64,000 nucleotides of DNA from NCBI GenBank assembly GCA_052327205.1, contig CM126208.1, forward strand, positions 207,452,001-207,516,000, given 5' to 3'. Position numbers and translations under genes: made by a program. Below, piece by piece: positions 1 to 13,687 of this stretch. The notes below the pieces were generated by a model. That model was given only the letters and a program-made list of their open reading frames with translations. It was not told where the DNA came from and searched no databases. Positions within the stretch are counted from its first letter, which is position 1. Each line of letters begins with the position of its first letter. This DNA comes from Somniosus microcephalus. Lineage: Eukaryota.

Positions 1-928
1 GATACAGTGTGAGCGACCAGGGTACAGTGTGAGCGACCAGGGTACAGTGTGAGCGACCAGGGTACAGTGTGAGTGACCAGAGGACAGTGTGAGCGACCAG
101 GATACAATGTGAGCGAACAGGATACAGTGTGAGCGACCAGGGTACTGTGTGTTGGACCAGGATCCTTTGAGAGGGACCAGGGTACAGTGTGAGAGAGCAG
201 GGTACAGTGTGAGGGATCAGGGTACAGTGTGAGGGATCAGGGTACAGTGTGAGGGACCAGGGGACCGTGTGAGGGCCCAGGGGACAGTGTGAGGGACTAC
301 GGTACAGTGTGAGGGACCACGGTACAGCGTGAGGGACCAGGGTCCAGTGTGAGCGACCAGGATACAGTGTAAGCGACCAGGATAGAGTGAGGGGGACCAG
401 GGTCCAGTGTGCGGGACCAGGGTCCAGTGTGAGGGACCAGGGTCCAGTGTGAGTGACCAGAATACAGTGTGAGCGACCAGGATACAGTGTGAGCACCCAG
501 CACACAGTGTGAGTGACCAGGGGACAGTGTGAGCGGCCAGCATACAGTGTGAAGGAGCAGGGTACAGTGTGAGGGACCAGGGTACAGTGTGAGGGACCAG
601 GGTACAGGGTGAGGGACCAGGGTCCAGTGTGAGGGACCAGGATAGAGTGTGAGCGACCAGGATACTGTGTCAGCGAGCAGGATACAGTGTGAGCGACCAG
701 GATACAGTGTGAGCGACCAGGATAAAGTGTGAGCGACCAGGATACAGTGTGAGCGACCAGGGTACAGTGTGAGGGACCAGGGTCCAGTGTGAGCGACCAG
801 GATACAGTGTGAGCGACCAGGATACAGTGTGAGGGACCAGGATACAGTGTGAGCGACCAGGATACAGTGTGAGCGACCAGGATGCAATGTGAGGGATCAG
901 GGTCCAGTGTGAGGGACCAGGATCCAGT

Positions 929-1705
929 GCGGAATTCTGTAAAAGTATCCTCCGGACTCAAAGGAAAACAGTAAACAACGCATGCAGGGCGGAACTAGGC
1001 CAATACCCATTAATAATCACTATCCAAAAAAGAGCCACCAAATTTTGGAATCACCTACAAATGAGCAACCCCCAATGCTATCACTACGACGCCCTGAAAT
1101 GCCAAGAGCTGACCATAAAGAAGAATACCCTCAGTCAACTAGTCCTGGGACTCAATAAAGTAACTAATAACAATACTAACAATAACCAGCCCCAGGACAG
1201 TGACAGGGTAACACAAAGAATTCGACCCAACACAATCGTCGCTAAGCAAAAGGAAAAATATCTGTCATATTGGGCAGAAACAACAAAAACCCAAAGCAAA
1301 CTCAATTGCTACTTGGCCCTAAACAGACAATACAACATAGCTGATTACCTGACCATGGTAAAGGATAACAAACTGAGAAGAACCTTGACAAGGTACAGAC
1401 TTAGCGAACATAGCCTAGCGATCGAAAAAGGCAGACACAGGCAGACCAGGCTGCCAAGAGAAGACAGGATATGCTCTCACTGCAGTCAGGGAGTAGTCGA
1501 GACAGAGATGCACTTCCTCACAGCCTGTGGAAAATATCAGGGCATCAGAGAGAATTTCTATCAAAAATTCTCACAAATATGCCCTGAATTCAGAAATCTG
1601 ACTGACAACCAAAAACTCCCATTCCTACTGGGGGAGGAGAGAAGCTGTGTAACACTGGCGGCACACTATGTTACAGCTTGCCATGAACAGAGGGACAACC
1701 AGTAA
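929..1705 (+). pseudogene. C-terminal remnant of the RTE-X-like ORF2 (post-RT region and Cys/His domain)
   Basis: Frame is uninterrupted from the 5' junction to TAA at 1703-1705. The RT core is absent (5' truncation). Confidence 0.75.
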
Positions 1706-1892
1706 ACTAAGACAAGAGTATATATAAACAAGGCGAAAATATATTTATAAACTCAGGGATATACCTGTTTATACACTGTATGAATGGAACCGCGTTTATG
1801 TGTTCAACCATAAATGTATTTTGATGCTTTGGCAACATAAGATGTACCTTATCATGCCAATAAAGCGATTTGTATTGTATTGTATTGTATTG
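930..1892 (+). mobile_element. 5'-truncated non-LTR retrotransposon, RTE-X-like, with (TTGTA)n tail
   Basis: Open frame 929-1705 with NNACRAELGQYPL, RYRLSEHSLAIEKGR and C-terminal CxxC...ETEMHFL..C motifs. Followed by an AT-rich 3' UTR, AATAAA near 1859 and a TTGTA repeat tail. Confidence 0.8.
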
Positions 1893-4149
1893 TGAGGGAC
1901 CAGGATCCAGTGTGAGGGACCAGGGTCCAGTGTGAGGGACCAGGGTACAGTGTGAGGGACCAGGATACAGTGTGAGTGACCAGGATCCATTGTGAGGGAC
2001 CAGGATCCAGTTTGAGGGACCAGGGTACAGTGTGAGCGACCAGGGTACAGTGTGAGGGACCAGGATCCAGTTTGAGGGACCAGGGTCCAGTGTGAGGGAC
2101 CAGGGTCCAGCGTGAGGCACCAGGGTCCAGCGTGAGGCACCAGGATCCAGCATGAGGCACCAGGGTCCAGTGTGAGGCACTAGGGTCCAGTGTGAGGCAC
2201 CAGGGTCCAGAGTGAGGCACCAGGCTTCGGCGTGAGGCACCAGGCTCCAGCTTGAGGCACCAGGTTCCAGTGCGAGGACCAGTGTCCAGTGTGAGGCACC
2301 AGGGTCCAGTGTGAGGGACCAGGGTCCAGTGTGAGTGACCAGGATCCATTGTGAGCGACCAGCATACAGCGTGTGGGACCAGGGCATAGTAAGAGAGACC
2401 AGGGTACAATGTGATGGGCCAGGGTACAGTGAGAGAGCGCAGGGTACAGTGTGAGTGATCAGGATACAGTGTGAGGGATCAGCGTACAGTGTGCGGGGTC
2501 AGGGTATAGTGAGAGAGACCAGGGTAAAGTGTCAGGGACCCGGGTACAGCGTGAGAGACCAGGGTACAGCGTGAGTGACCAGGGTATAACGTGAGCGATC
2601 AGGGGACAGTTAGAGGGAACAGGAGACAGTGTGAGGGACCAAGGTACAGTGTGAGGGAGCAGGGTACAGTGTGAGCAGCCAGGATACAGTGTGAGCGAAC
2701 AGGATACAGTGTGAGCGAACAGGATACAGTGTGAGTGACCAGGATACAGTGTGATGCACCAGGATACTTTGAGAGGGACCAGGGGACAGGGTGAGGGATC
2801 AGGGTACAGTGCGAGGGATCAGGGTCCAGTGTGAGGGACCAGGGGACAGTGTGATAGACCAGGGGACAGTGTGAGGGACCAGTGTAAAGTGTGAGGGACC
2901 TGCATACAGTGTGAGGGACCATGGTACAGTGTGAGGGACCAGGGTCTAGTGTGAGGGACCAGGGTCCAGTGTGAGGTACCAGGATCCAGTGTGAGGGAAC
3001 AGGTTCCGGTGTGAGGGACCAGGGTCCAGTGTGAGCGACCAGGATACAGTGTGAGCGACCAGGGTACAGTGAGAGCGACCAGGGTACAGCGTGAGTGACC
3101 AGGGTACAACTTGAGTGACCAGGGTACAGCGTGAGCAACCAGGGTATAGTGTGAGGAACCAGGGTACAGTGTGAGGGACCAGGGTACAGTGTGAAGGAGC
3201 AGGGTACAGTGTGAGGGACCAGGGTACAGTGTGAGGGACATGGGGACAGGGTGAGAGAACAGGGGACAGTGTGAAGGAGCAGGGTCCAGTGTGAGGGACC
3301 AGGGTCCAGTGTGAGTGGCCAGGTTACAGTGTGAACGAAAAGGATACAGTGTGAGCGACCAGGATACAGTGTGAGGGATCAGGGGACAGTGTGAGGGACC
3401 AGGAGACAGTGTGAGGCACCAGGGTCCAGTGTGTGGGACCAGGTTCCAGTGTGAGGGACCAGGGTCCAGTGTGAGGGGCCAGGGTCCAGTGTGAGCGACC
3501 AGGATACAGTGTGAGTGAAAATGATACAGTGTGAGGGACCAGGGTCCTGTGTGAGCGACCAGGATACAGTGTGAGGTATTAGGGTACAGTGCGAGGGATC
3601 AGGGTACAGTACGAGGGATCAGGGTACAGTGTGAGTGACCAGTGTACCGTGCGAGGGACAGGGTACAGTGTGAACGAAAAGGATACAGTGTGAGTGACCA
3701 GTGTACCGTGCGAGGGACAGGGTACAGTGTGAGGGGTCAGGGTACAGTGTGAGGGATCAGGGTACAGTGTGAGCGACCAGGATACAGTGTGAGCGACCAG
3801 GATACAGTGTGGGCGACCAGGATACAGTGTGGGCGACCAGGATACAGAGTGAGCGACCAGGATACAGTGAGAGCGACCAGGGTACAGCGTGAGCGACCAG
3901 GGTACAGTGTGAGGGACCAGGGGACAGGGTGAGCGAACAGGGGACAGTGTGAGGGACCAGGTTACAGTGTGAAGGAGCAGGGTACAGTGTGAGGGACCAG
4001 GATACAGTCTGAGGGACCAGGGTACAGTGAGAGGGATCAGGGTACTGTGTGAGCGACCAGGGTACAGTGTGAGTGACCAGGGGACAGTGTGAGTGACCAG
4101 GGGACAGTGTGAGGGCCCAGGGGACAGTGTGAGGGACCACGGTCCAGTG

Positions 4150-7100
4150 TGAGGGACCAGGGTCCTGTGTGAGGGACCAGGATACAGTGTGAGCGAACAG
4201 GATACAGTGTGAGCGAACAGGATACAGTGTGAGGGACCAGGGTACAGTGTGTGAGGGACCAGGGAACAGTGTGAGGGACCAGCGTCCAGTGTGAGGGACC
4301 AGGGTCCAGTTTGAGCGACCAGGATACAGTGTGAGCGACCAGGATACAGTGTGAGGGACCAGGATACAGTGTGAGCAACCAGGATACAGTGTGAGCGACC
4401 AGAATACATTGTGAGCGACCAGGATACAGTGTGAGGGACCAGGGTACAGTGTGAGGGACCAGGGTCCAGTGTGAGGGACCAGGATACACTGTGGGTGACC
4501 AGGATACAGTGTGGGCGACCAGGATACAGTGTGAGAGACCAGGATACAGTGTGAGCGACCAGGATACAGTGTGAGCGACCAGGATACAGGCTCAGCGACC
4601 AGGATACAGGCTGAGCGACCAGGATACAATATCAGTGACCAGGATACAGTGTGAGCGACCAGGATACAGTGTGAGCGACCAGGATACAGTGTGGGTGACC
4701 AGGATACAGTGTGGGCGACCAGGATACAGTGTGGGCGACCAGTATACAGGCTGGGCGACCAGGATACAATGTGAGTGACCAGGATACGGTGTGACAGACT
4801 AGGATACATTGTGAGCGACCATGATACAGTGTGAGGGACCAGGATACAGCGTGAGGGACCAGGATACAGTGTGAGGGACCAGGGTCCAGTGTGAGGGGCC
4901 AGGTTTCCAATGTGTGGGACCAGGGTCCAGTGTGAGAGACCAGGGAACAGTGTGAGCGACCAGGGTCCAGTGTGAGCGACCAGGATCCAGTGTGAGGGAC
5001 CAGGGTCCAGTGTGTGGGACCATGGTCCAGTGTGTGGGACCAGGGTACAGTGTGAGAGCCCAGCGAACAGTGTGAGCAACCAGGGTCCAGTGTGTGCGGC
5101 CAGGGTACACTGTGAGCGACCAGGGTCCAATGTGTGGGACCAGGGTCCAGTGTGTGCGACCAGGGTCCAGTGTGAGAGACAAGGGAACAGTGTGAGCGAC
5201 CAGGGTCCAGTGTGAGCGACCAGGGTACAGTGTGAGCGACCAGGGTCCAGTGTGAGGGACCAGGGTCCAGTGTGTGGGAACAGGGTCCGGTGTGAGAGAC
5301 AAGGTTACAGTGTGAGCGACCAGGGTCCAGTGAGAGCGAACAGGGTACAGTGTGAGCGACCAGGTTCCAGTGTGAGCGACCAGTGTCCAGTGTGAGGGAC
5401 CAGGGACCAGTGTGAGGCACCAGGGTCCAGTGTGAGGCACCAGGGTCCATTTTGATGGACCAGGGTCCTGTTTGAGGGACCAGGGTGCAGTGTGAGCGAC
5501 CAGGATACAGTGTGAGCGACCAGGATACGATGTGAGGGACCAGAATACATTGTGAGGTGCCAGGGTCCAGTGTGAGGGACCAGGGTCCAGTTTGAGGCAC
5601 CAGGGTCCAGTTTGAGGCACCAGGGTCCAGTGTGAGGGACCAGGGTCCAGTGTGAGGGACCAGGGTCCAGTTTGGGGGACCAGGTTCCAGTGTGAGGGAC
5701 CAGGGTCCAGTGTGAGGGACCAGGGTCCAGTGTGAGCGACCAGGATACAGAGTGAGCGACCAGGATACAGCGCGTGGGACCAGCGCATAGTAAGAGAGAC
5801 CAGGGTACAATGTGATGGGCCAGGGTACAGTGTGAGAGAGCAGGGTACAGTGTGAGGGATCAGGGTCCAGTGTGAGGGACCAGGATACAGTGTGAGCGAA
5901 CAGGATACAGTGTGAGCGAACAGGATACAGTGTGAGGGACCAGGGTACAGTGTGTGAGGGACCAGGGAACAGTGTGAGGGACCAGCGTCCAGTGTGAGGG
6001 ACCAGGGTCCAGTTTGAGCGACCAGGATACAGTGTGAGCGACCAGGATACAGTGTGAGGGACCAGGATACAGTGTGAGCAACCAGGATACAGTGTGAGCG
6101 ACCAGAATACATTGTGAGCGACCAGGATACAGTGTGAGGGACCAGGGTACAGTGTGAGGGACCAGGGTCCAGTGTGAGGGACCAGGACACACTGTGGGTG
6201 ACCAGGATACAGTGTGAGCGACCAGGATACAGTGTGAGGGAGCAGCATACAGTGTGAGCAACCAGGATACAGTGTGAGCTACCAGAATACATTGTGAGCG
6301 ACCAGGATACAGTGTGAGGGACCAGGGTACAGTGTGAGGGACCAGGGTCCAGTGTGAGGGACCAGGATACACTGTGGGTGACCAGGATACAGTGTGGGCG
6401 ACCAGGATACAGTGTGAGAGACCAGGATACAGTGTGAGCGACCAGGATACAGTGTGAGCGACCAGGATACAGGCTCAGCGACCAGGATACAGGCTGAGCG
6501 ACCAGGATACAATATCAGTGACCAGGATACAGTGTGAGCGACCAGGATACAGTGTGAGCGACCAGGATACAGTGTGGGTGACCAGGATACAGTGTGGGCG
6601 ACCAGGATACAGTGTGGGCGACCAGTATACAGGCTGGGCGACCAGGATACAATGTGAGTGACCAGGATACGGTGTGACAGACTAGGATACATTGTGAGCG
6701 ACCATGATACAGTGTGAGGGACCAGGATACAGCGTGAGGGACCAGGATACAGTGTGAGGGACCAGGGTCCAGTGTGAGGGGCCAGGTTTCCAATGTGTGG
6801 GACCAGGGTCCAGTGTGAGAGACCAGGGAACAGTGTGAGCGACCAGGGTCCAGTGTGAGCGACCAGGATCCAGTGTGAGGGACCAGGGTCCAGTGTGTGG
6901 GACCATGGTCCAGTGTGTGGGACCAGGGTACAGTGTGAGAGCCCAGCGAACAGTGTGAGCAACCAGGGTCCAGTGTGTGCGGCCAGGGTACACTGTGAGC
7001 GACCAGGGTCCAATGTGTGGGACCAGGGTCCAGTGTGTGCGACCAGGGTCCAGTGTGAGAGACAAGGGAACAGTGTGAGCGACCAGGGTCCAGTGTGAGC

Positions 7101-9600
7101 GACCAGGGTACAGTGTGAGCGACCAGGGTCCAGTGTGAGGGACCAGGGTCCAGTGTGTGGGAACAGGGTCCGGTGTGAGAGACAAGGTTACAGTGTGAGC
7201 GACCAGGGTCCAGTGAGAGCGAACAGGTTCCAGTGTGAGCGACCAGTGTCCAGTGTGAGGGACCAGGGACCAGTGTGAGGCACCAGGGTCCAGTGTGAGG
7301 CACCAGGGTCCATTTTGATGGACCAGGGTCCTGTTTGAGGGACCAGGGTGCAGTGTGAGCGACCAGGATACAGTGTGAGCGACCAGGATACGATGTGAGG
7401 GACCAGAATACATTGTGAGGTGCCAGGGTCCAGTGTGAGGGACCAGGGTCCAGTTTGAGGCACCAGGGTCCAGTTTGAGGCACCAGGGTCCAGTGTGAGG
7501 GACCAGGGTCCAGTGTGAGGGACCAGGGTCCAGTTTGGGGGACCAGGTTCCAGTGTGAGGGACCAGGGTCCAGTGTGAGGGACCAGGGTCCAGTGTGAGC
7601 GACCAGGATACAGAGTGAGCGACCAGGATACAGCGCGTGGGACCAGCGCATAGTAAGAGAGACCAGGGTACAATGTGATGGGCCAGGGTACAGTGTGAGA
7701 GAGCAGGGTACAGTGTGAGGGATCAGGGTCCAGTGTGAGGGACCAGGATACAGTGTGAGCGAACAGGATACAGTGTGAGCGAACAGGATACAGTGTGAGG
7801 GACCAGGGTACAGTGTGTGAGGGACCAGGGAACAGTGTGAGGGACCAGCGTCCAGTGTGAGGGACCAGGGTCCAGTTTGAGCGACCAGGATACAGTGTGA
7901 GCGACCAGGATACAGTGTGAGGGACCAGGATACAGTGTGAGCAACCAGGATACAGTGTGAGCGACCAGAATACATTGTGAGCGACCAGGATACAGTGTGA
8001 GGGACCAGGGTACAGTGTGAGGGACCAGGGTCCAGTGTGAGGGACCAGGATACACTGTGGGTGACCAGGATACAGTGTGAGCGACCAGGATACAGTGTGA
8101 GGGAGCAGCATACAGTGTGAGCAACCAGGATACAGTGTGAGCTACCAGAATACATTGTGAGCGACCAGGATACAGTGTGAGGGACCAGGGTACAGTGTGA
8201 GGGACCAGGGTCCAGTGTGAGGGACCAGGATACACTGTGGGTGACCAGGATACAGTGTGGGCGACCAGGATACAGTGTGAGAGACCAGGATACAGTGTGA
8301 GCGACCAGGATACAATGTGAGCGACCAGGATACAGGCTCAGCGACCAGGATACAGGCTGAGCGACCAGGATACAATATCAGTGACCAGGATACAGTGTGA
8401 GCAACCAGGATACAGTGTGAGCGACCAGGATACAGTGTGGGTGACCAGGATACAGTGTGGGCGACCAGGATACAGTGTGGGCGACCAGTATACAGGCTGG
8501 GCGACCAGGATACAATGTGAGTGACCAGGATACGGTGTGACAGACTAGGATACATTGTGAGCGACCATGATACAGTGTGAGGGACCAGGATACAGCGTGA
8601 GGGACCAGGATACAGCGTGAGGGACCAGGGTCCAGTGTGAGGGGCCAGGGTCCAATGTGTGGGACCAGGGTCCAGTGTGAGAGACCAGGGAACAGTGTGA
8701 GCGACCAGGGTCCAGTGTGAGCGACCAGGGTCCAGTGTGAGGGACCAGGGTCCAGTGTGTGAGACCAGGGTCCAGTGTGTGGGACCAGGGTACAGTGTGA
8801 GAGCCCAGCGAACAGTGTGAGCAACCAGGGTCCAGTGTGTGCGGCCAGGGTACACTGTGAGCGACCAGGGTCCAATGTGTGGGACCAGGGTCCAGTGTGT
8901 GCGACCAGGGTCCAGTGTGAGAGACAAGGGAACAGTGTGAGCGACCAGGGTCCAGTGTGAGCGACCAGGGTACAGTGTGAGCGACCAGGGTCCAGTGTGA
9001 GGGACCAGGGTCCAGTGTGTGGGAACAGGGTCCGGTGTGAGAGACAAGGTTACAGTGTGAGCGACCAGGGTCCAGTGAGAGCGAACAGGGTACAGTGTGA
9101 GCGACCAGGTTCCAGTGTGAGCGACCAGTGTCCAGTGTGAGGGACCAGGGACCAGTGTGAGGCACCAGGGTCCAGTGTGAGGCACCAGGGTCCATTTTGA
9201 TGGACCAGGGTCCTGTTTGAGGGACCAGGGTGCAGTGTGAGCGACCAGGATACAGTGTGAGCGACCAGGATACGATGTGAGGGACCAGAATACATTGTGA
9301 GGTGCCAGGGTCCAGTGTGAGGGACCAGGGTCCAGTTTGAGGCACCAGGGTCCAGTTTGAGGCACCAGGGTCCAGTGTGAGGGACCAGGGTCCAGTTTGA
9401 GGGACCAGGTTCCAGTGTGAGGGACCAGGGTCCAGTGTGAGGGACCAGGGTCCAGTGTGAGCGACCAGGATACAGAGTGAGCGACCAGGATACAGCGTGT
9501 GGGACCAGCGCATAGTAAGAGAGACCAGGGTACAATGTGATGGGCCAGGGTACAGTGTGAGAGAGCAGGGTACAGTGTGAGGGATCAGGATACAGTGTGA
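4150..9600. repeat. Higher-order repeat of about 1.86-1.88 kb, roughly three tandem copies within the satellite
   Basis: Rare variant monomers recur at fixed spacing: CAATATCAGTG near 4627, 6510, 8373; CCCAGCGAACAG near 5060, 6943, 8806; CATTTTGATGG near 5448, 7311, 9194. Boundaries are approximate. Confidence 0.9.
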
Positions 9601-12600
9601 GGGATCAGTGTACAGTGTGCGGTGTCAGGGTATAGTGAGAGAGACCAGGGAATAGTGTGAGGGACCAGGATACAGCGTGAGTGAACAGGGTACAGCCTGG
9701 CCGACCAGGGTACAACGTGAGTGACCAGGGTATAGCATGAGCGACCAGGGGACAGTTAGAGGGAACAGGAGACAGTGTGAGGGACCAAGGTACAGTGTGA
9801 GGGACCAGGGTACAGTGTAAGCAGCCAGGATACAGTGGGAGCGGCCAGCATACAGTGGGAGTGGCCAGGATGCAGTGTGAGCGGCCAGGATTCAGTGTGA
9901 GTGGCAAGGATACAGTGTGAGCGGCCAGGATACAGTGTGAGCGGCCAGGATACAGTGTGAGCGGCCAGGATACAGTGTGAGCGGCCAGCGTACAGTGTGA
10001 GTGGCCAGCATACAGTGTGAGCGCCCAGGGTACAGTGTGAGCACCCAGGATACAGGGTGAGCGACCAGGGTACAGTGTGAGCGACCAGGGTACAGTGTGA
10101 GTGACCAGAGGACAGTGTGAGCGACCAGCATACAGTGTGAAGGAGCAGGGTACAGTGTGAGGGATCAGGGTACAGTGTGAGGGACCAGGGTACAGTGTGA
10201 GGGACCAGGGTCCAGTGTGAGCGACCAGGATACAGTGTGAGCGACCAGGATACTGTGTCAGCGAGCAGGATACAGTGTGAGCGACCAGGATACAGTGTGA
10301 GCGACCAGGATAAAGTGTGAGCGACCAGGATACAGTGTGAGCGACCAGGGTACAGTGTGAGGGACCAGGGACCAGTGTGAGCGACCATGATACAGTGTGA
10401 GCGACCAGGATACAGTGTGAGGGACCAGGATACAGTGTGAGCGACCAGGATACAGTGTGAGCGACCAGGGTGCAATGTGAGGGATCAGGGTCCAGTGTGA
10501 GGGACCAGGATCCAGTGTGAGGGACCAGGATACAGTGTGAGGGACCAGGGTCCAGTGTGAGGGACCAGGGTACAGTGTGAGGGACCAGGATACAGTGTGA
10601 GTGACCAGGATCCATTGTGAGGGACCAGGATCCAGTTTGAGGGACCAGGGTACAGTGTGAGTGACCAGGGTACAGTGTGAGGGACCAGGATCCAATTTGA
10701 GGGACCAGGGTCCAGTGTGAGGGACCAGGGTACAGTGTGAGGGACCAGGGTACAGCGTGAGGGACCAGGGTCCAGCGTGAGGCACCAGGGTCCAGCGTGA
10801 GGCACCAGGGTCCAGTGTGATGCACTAGGGTCCCGTGTGAGGCACCAGGGTCCAGAGTGAGGCACCAGGCTCCAGCGTAAGTCACCAGGCTCCAGCTTGA
10901 GGCACCAGGTTCCAGTGGGAGGACCAGTGTCCAGTGTGAGGCACCAGTGTCCAGTGTGAGGGACCAGGGTCCAGTGTGAGCGACCATGATACAGTGTGAG
11001 CGACCAGGATACAGTGTGAGGGACCAGGATACAGTGTGAGGGACCAGGATACAGTGTGAGCGACCAGGGTGCAATGTGAGGGATCAGGGTCCAGTGTGAG
11101 GGACCAGGATCCAGTGTGAGGGACCAGGATCCAGTGTGAGGGACCAGGGTCCAGTGTGAGGGACCAGGGTACAGTGTGAGGGACCAGGATACAGTGTGAG
11201 TGACCAGGATCCATTGTGAGGGACCAGGATCCAGTTTGAGGGACCAGGGTACAGTGTGAGTGACCAGGGTACAGTGTGAGGGACCAGGATCCAGTTTGAG
11301 GGACCAGGGTCCAGTGTGAGGGACCAGGGTACAGTGTGAGGGACCAGGGTACAGCGTGAGGGACCAGGTTCCAGCGTGAGGCACCAGGGTCCAGCGTGAG
11401 GCACCAGGGTCCAGTGTGAGGCACTAGGGTCCCGTGTGAGGCACCAGGGTCCAGAGTGAGGCACCAGGCTCCAGCGTAAGTCACCAGGCTCCAGCTTGAG
11501 GCACCAGGTTCCAGTGGGAGGACCAGTGGCCAGTGTGAGGCACCAGGGTCCAGTGTGAGGGACCAGGGTCCAGTGTGAGTGACCAGGATCCATTGTGAGC
11601 GACCAGGATACAGCATGTGGGACCAGGGCATAGTAAGAGAGACCAGGGTACAATGTGATGGGCCAGGGTACAGTGAGAGAGCGCAGGGTACAGTGTGAGT
11701 GATCAGGATACAGTGTGAGGGATCAGCGTACAGTGTGCGGGGTCAGGGTATAGTGAGAGAGACCAGGGTAAAGTGTCAGGGACCCGGGTACAGCGTGAGT
11801 GACCAGGGTATAGCGTGAGTGACCAGGGTATAACGTGAGCGATCAGGGGACAGTTAGAGGGAACAGGAGACAGTGTGAGGGACCAAGGTACATTGTGAGG
11901 GATCAGGGTACAGTGTGAGCAGCCAGGATACAGTGTGAGCGAACAGGATACATTGTGAGTGACCAGGATACAGTGTGATGCACCAGGATATTTTGAGAGG
12001 GACCAGGGGACAGGGTGAGGGATCAGGGTACAGTGCGAGGGATCAGGGTCCAGTGTGAGGGACCAGGGGACAGTGTGAGCGACCAGGGGACAGTGTGAGG
12101 GACCAGGGGACAGTGTGAGGGACCAGCATACAGTGTGAGGGACCACGGTACAGTGTGAGGGAACAGGTTCCGGTGTGAGGGACCAGGGTCCAGTGTGAGC
12201 GACCAGGATACAGTGTGAGCAACCAGGATACAGTGAGAGCGACCAGGGTACAGCGTGAGTGACCAGGGTTCAGCTGGAGTGACCAGGGTACAGCGTGAGC
12301 AACCAGGGTATAGTGTGAGGAACCAGGGTACAGTGTGAGGGACCAGGGTACAGTATGAAGGAGCAGGGTACAGTGTAAAGGAACAGGGTACAGTGTGAAG
12401 GAGCAGGGTACAGTGTGAGGGACCAGGGTACAGTGTGAGGGACATGGGGACAGGGTGAGAGAACAGGCGACAGTGTGAAGGAGCAGGGTCCAGTGTGAGG
12501 GACCAGGGTCCAGTGTGAGCGACCAGGTTACAGTGTGAACGAAAAGGATACAGTGTGAGCGACCAGGATACAGTGTGAGGGACCAGGGTCCTGTGTGAGC

Positions 12601-13396
12601 GACCAGGATACAGCGTGAGGTATTAGGGTACAGTGCGAGGGATCAGGGTACAGTACGAGGGATCAGGGTACAGTGTGAGTGACCAGTGTACCATGCGAGG
12701 GACAGGGTACAGTGTGAGGGGTCAGGGTACAGTGTGAGGGATCAGGGTACAGTGTGAGAGACCAGGATACAGTGTGAGCGACCAGGATACAGTGTGGGCG
12801 ACCAGGATACAGTGTGGGCGACCAGGATACAGAGTGAGCGACCAGGATACAGTGAGAGCGACCAGGGTACAGCGTGAGCGACCAGGGTACAGTGTGAGGG
12901 ACCAGGGGACAGGGTGAGGGAACAGGGGACAGTGTAAGGGACCAGGTTACAGTGTGAAGGAGCAGGGTACAGTGTGAGGGACCAGGATACAGTCTGAGGG
13001 ACCAGGGTACAGTGAGAGGGATCAGGGTACTGTGTGAGCGACCAGGATACAGTGTGAGTGACCAGGGGACAGTGTGAGGGCCCAGGGGACAGTGTGAGGG
13101 ACCACGGTCCAGTGTGAGGGACCAGGGTCCAGTGTGAGGGACCAGGGTCCAGTGTGCGGGACCAGGGTGCAGTGTGAGGGACCAGGGTCCAGTGTGAGCG
13201 ACCAGGATACAGTGTGAGCGACCAGGATACAGTGTCAGCGAGCAGGATACAGTGTGAGCGACCAGGATACAGTGTGAGCGACCAGGATACTGTGTGAGCG
13301 ACCAGGATACAGTGTGAGGGACCAGGGTCCAGTGTGAGCGACCAGGATACAGTGTGAGCGACCAGGATACAGTGAGGGACCAGGATACAGTGTGAG

Positions 13397-13661
13397 TGTG
13401 ATGAAATATTCCATTCATCACTGCCTGTGACTGTGGTCTGTTTCAGTGTCATTTCCCTTCCCCCAGTCCTCATTCTATTGTTTATTGGAATGTGCTGTGT
13501 GTAGGGCTCCGCCCATACCTGGCCCCTTTTGTAAGCTAGCTCAGTCTGGCCTCAGTCTCCAGAAGGAGGATGCCTCTCTCTCTTACGTGTTACTTTCTAA
13601 GTTAATAAAAGCCTTGTTTTGTTTCGCTAACATCGAGCCCCGGAATTATTGAGGCACATCA
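13397..13661 (+). repeat. 5' LTR of A1 (265 bp)
   Basis: TGTGATG...CACATCA. Differs from the 3' LTR by about 4 substitutions plus a 10-bp duplication (GGAATGTGCT) in the 3' copy. Confidence 0.95.
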
Positions 13662-13662
13662 A

Positions 13663-13675
13663 TTTTATTAACTTA
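13663..13675 (+). promoter_or_regulatory. PBS-position sequence complementary to the element's own LTR (candidate self-priming site)
   Basis: TTTTATTAACTTA begins 1 nt after the LTR and is the exact reverse complement of TAAGTTAATAAAA at 13598-13610. No TGG-type tRNA PBS is present. Confidence 0.7.
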
Positions 13676-13687
13676 TTTTTCAACACT

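Noticed and set aside
908-1912. 22-bp TSD around the RTE-X LINE
   Set aside because: Empty-site homologous blocks show no extra monomer was gained; the match is satellite periodicity.
1893-13396. V(D)J RSS heptamer-like TACAGTG / CACACTG in most monomers; resemblance to Ig switch regions
   Set aside because: No nonamer at 12/23 spacing, no V/D/J or constant exons nearby, and few AGCT motifs.
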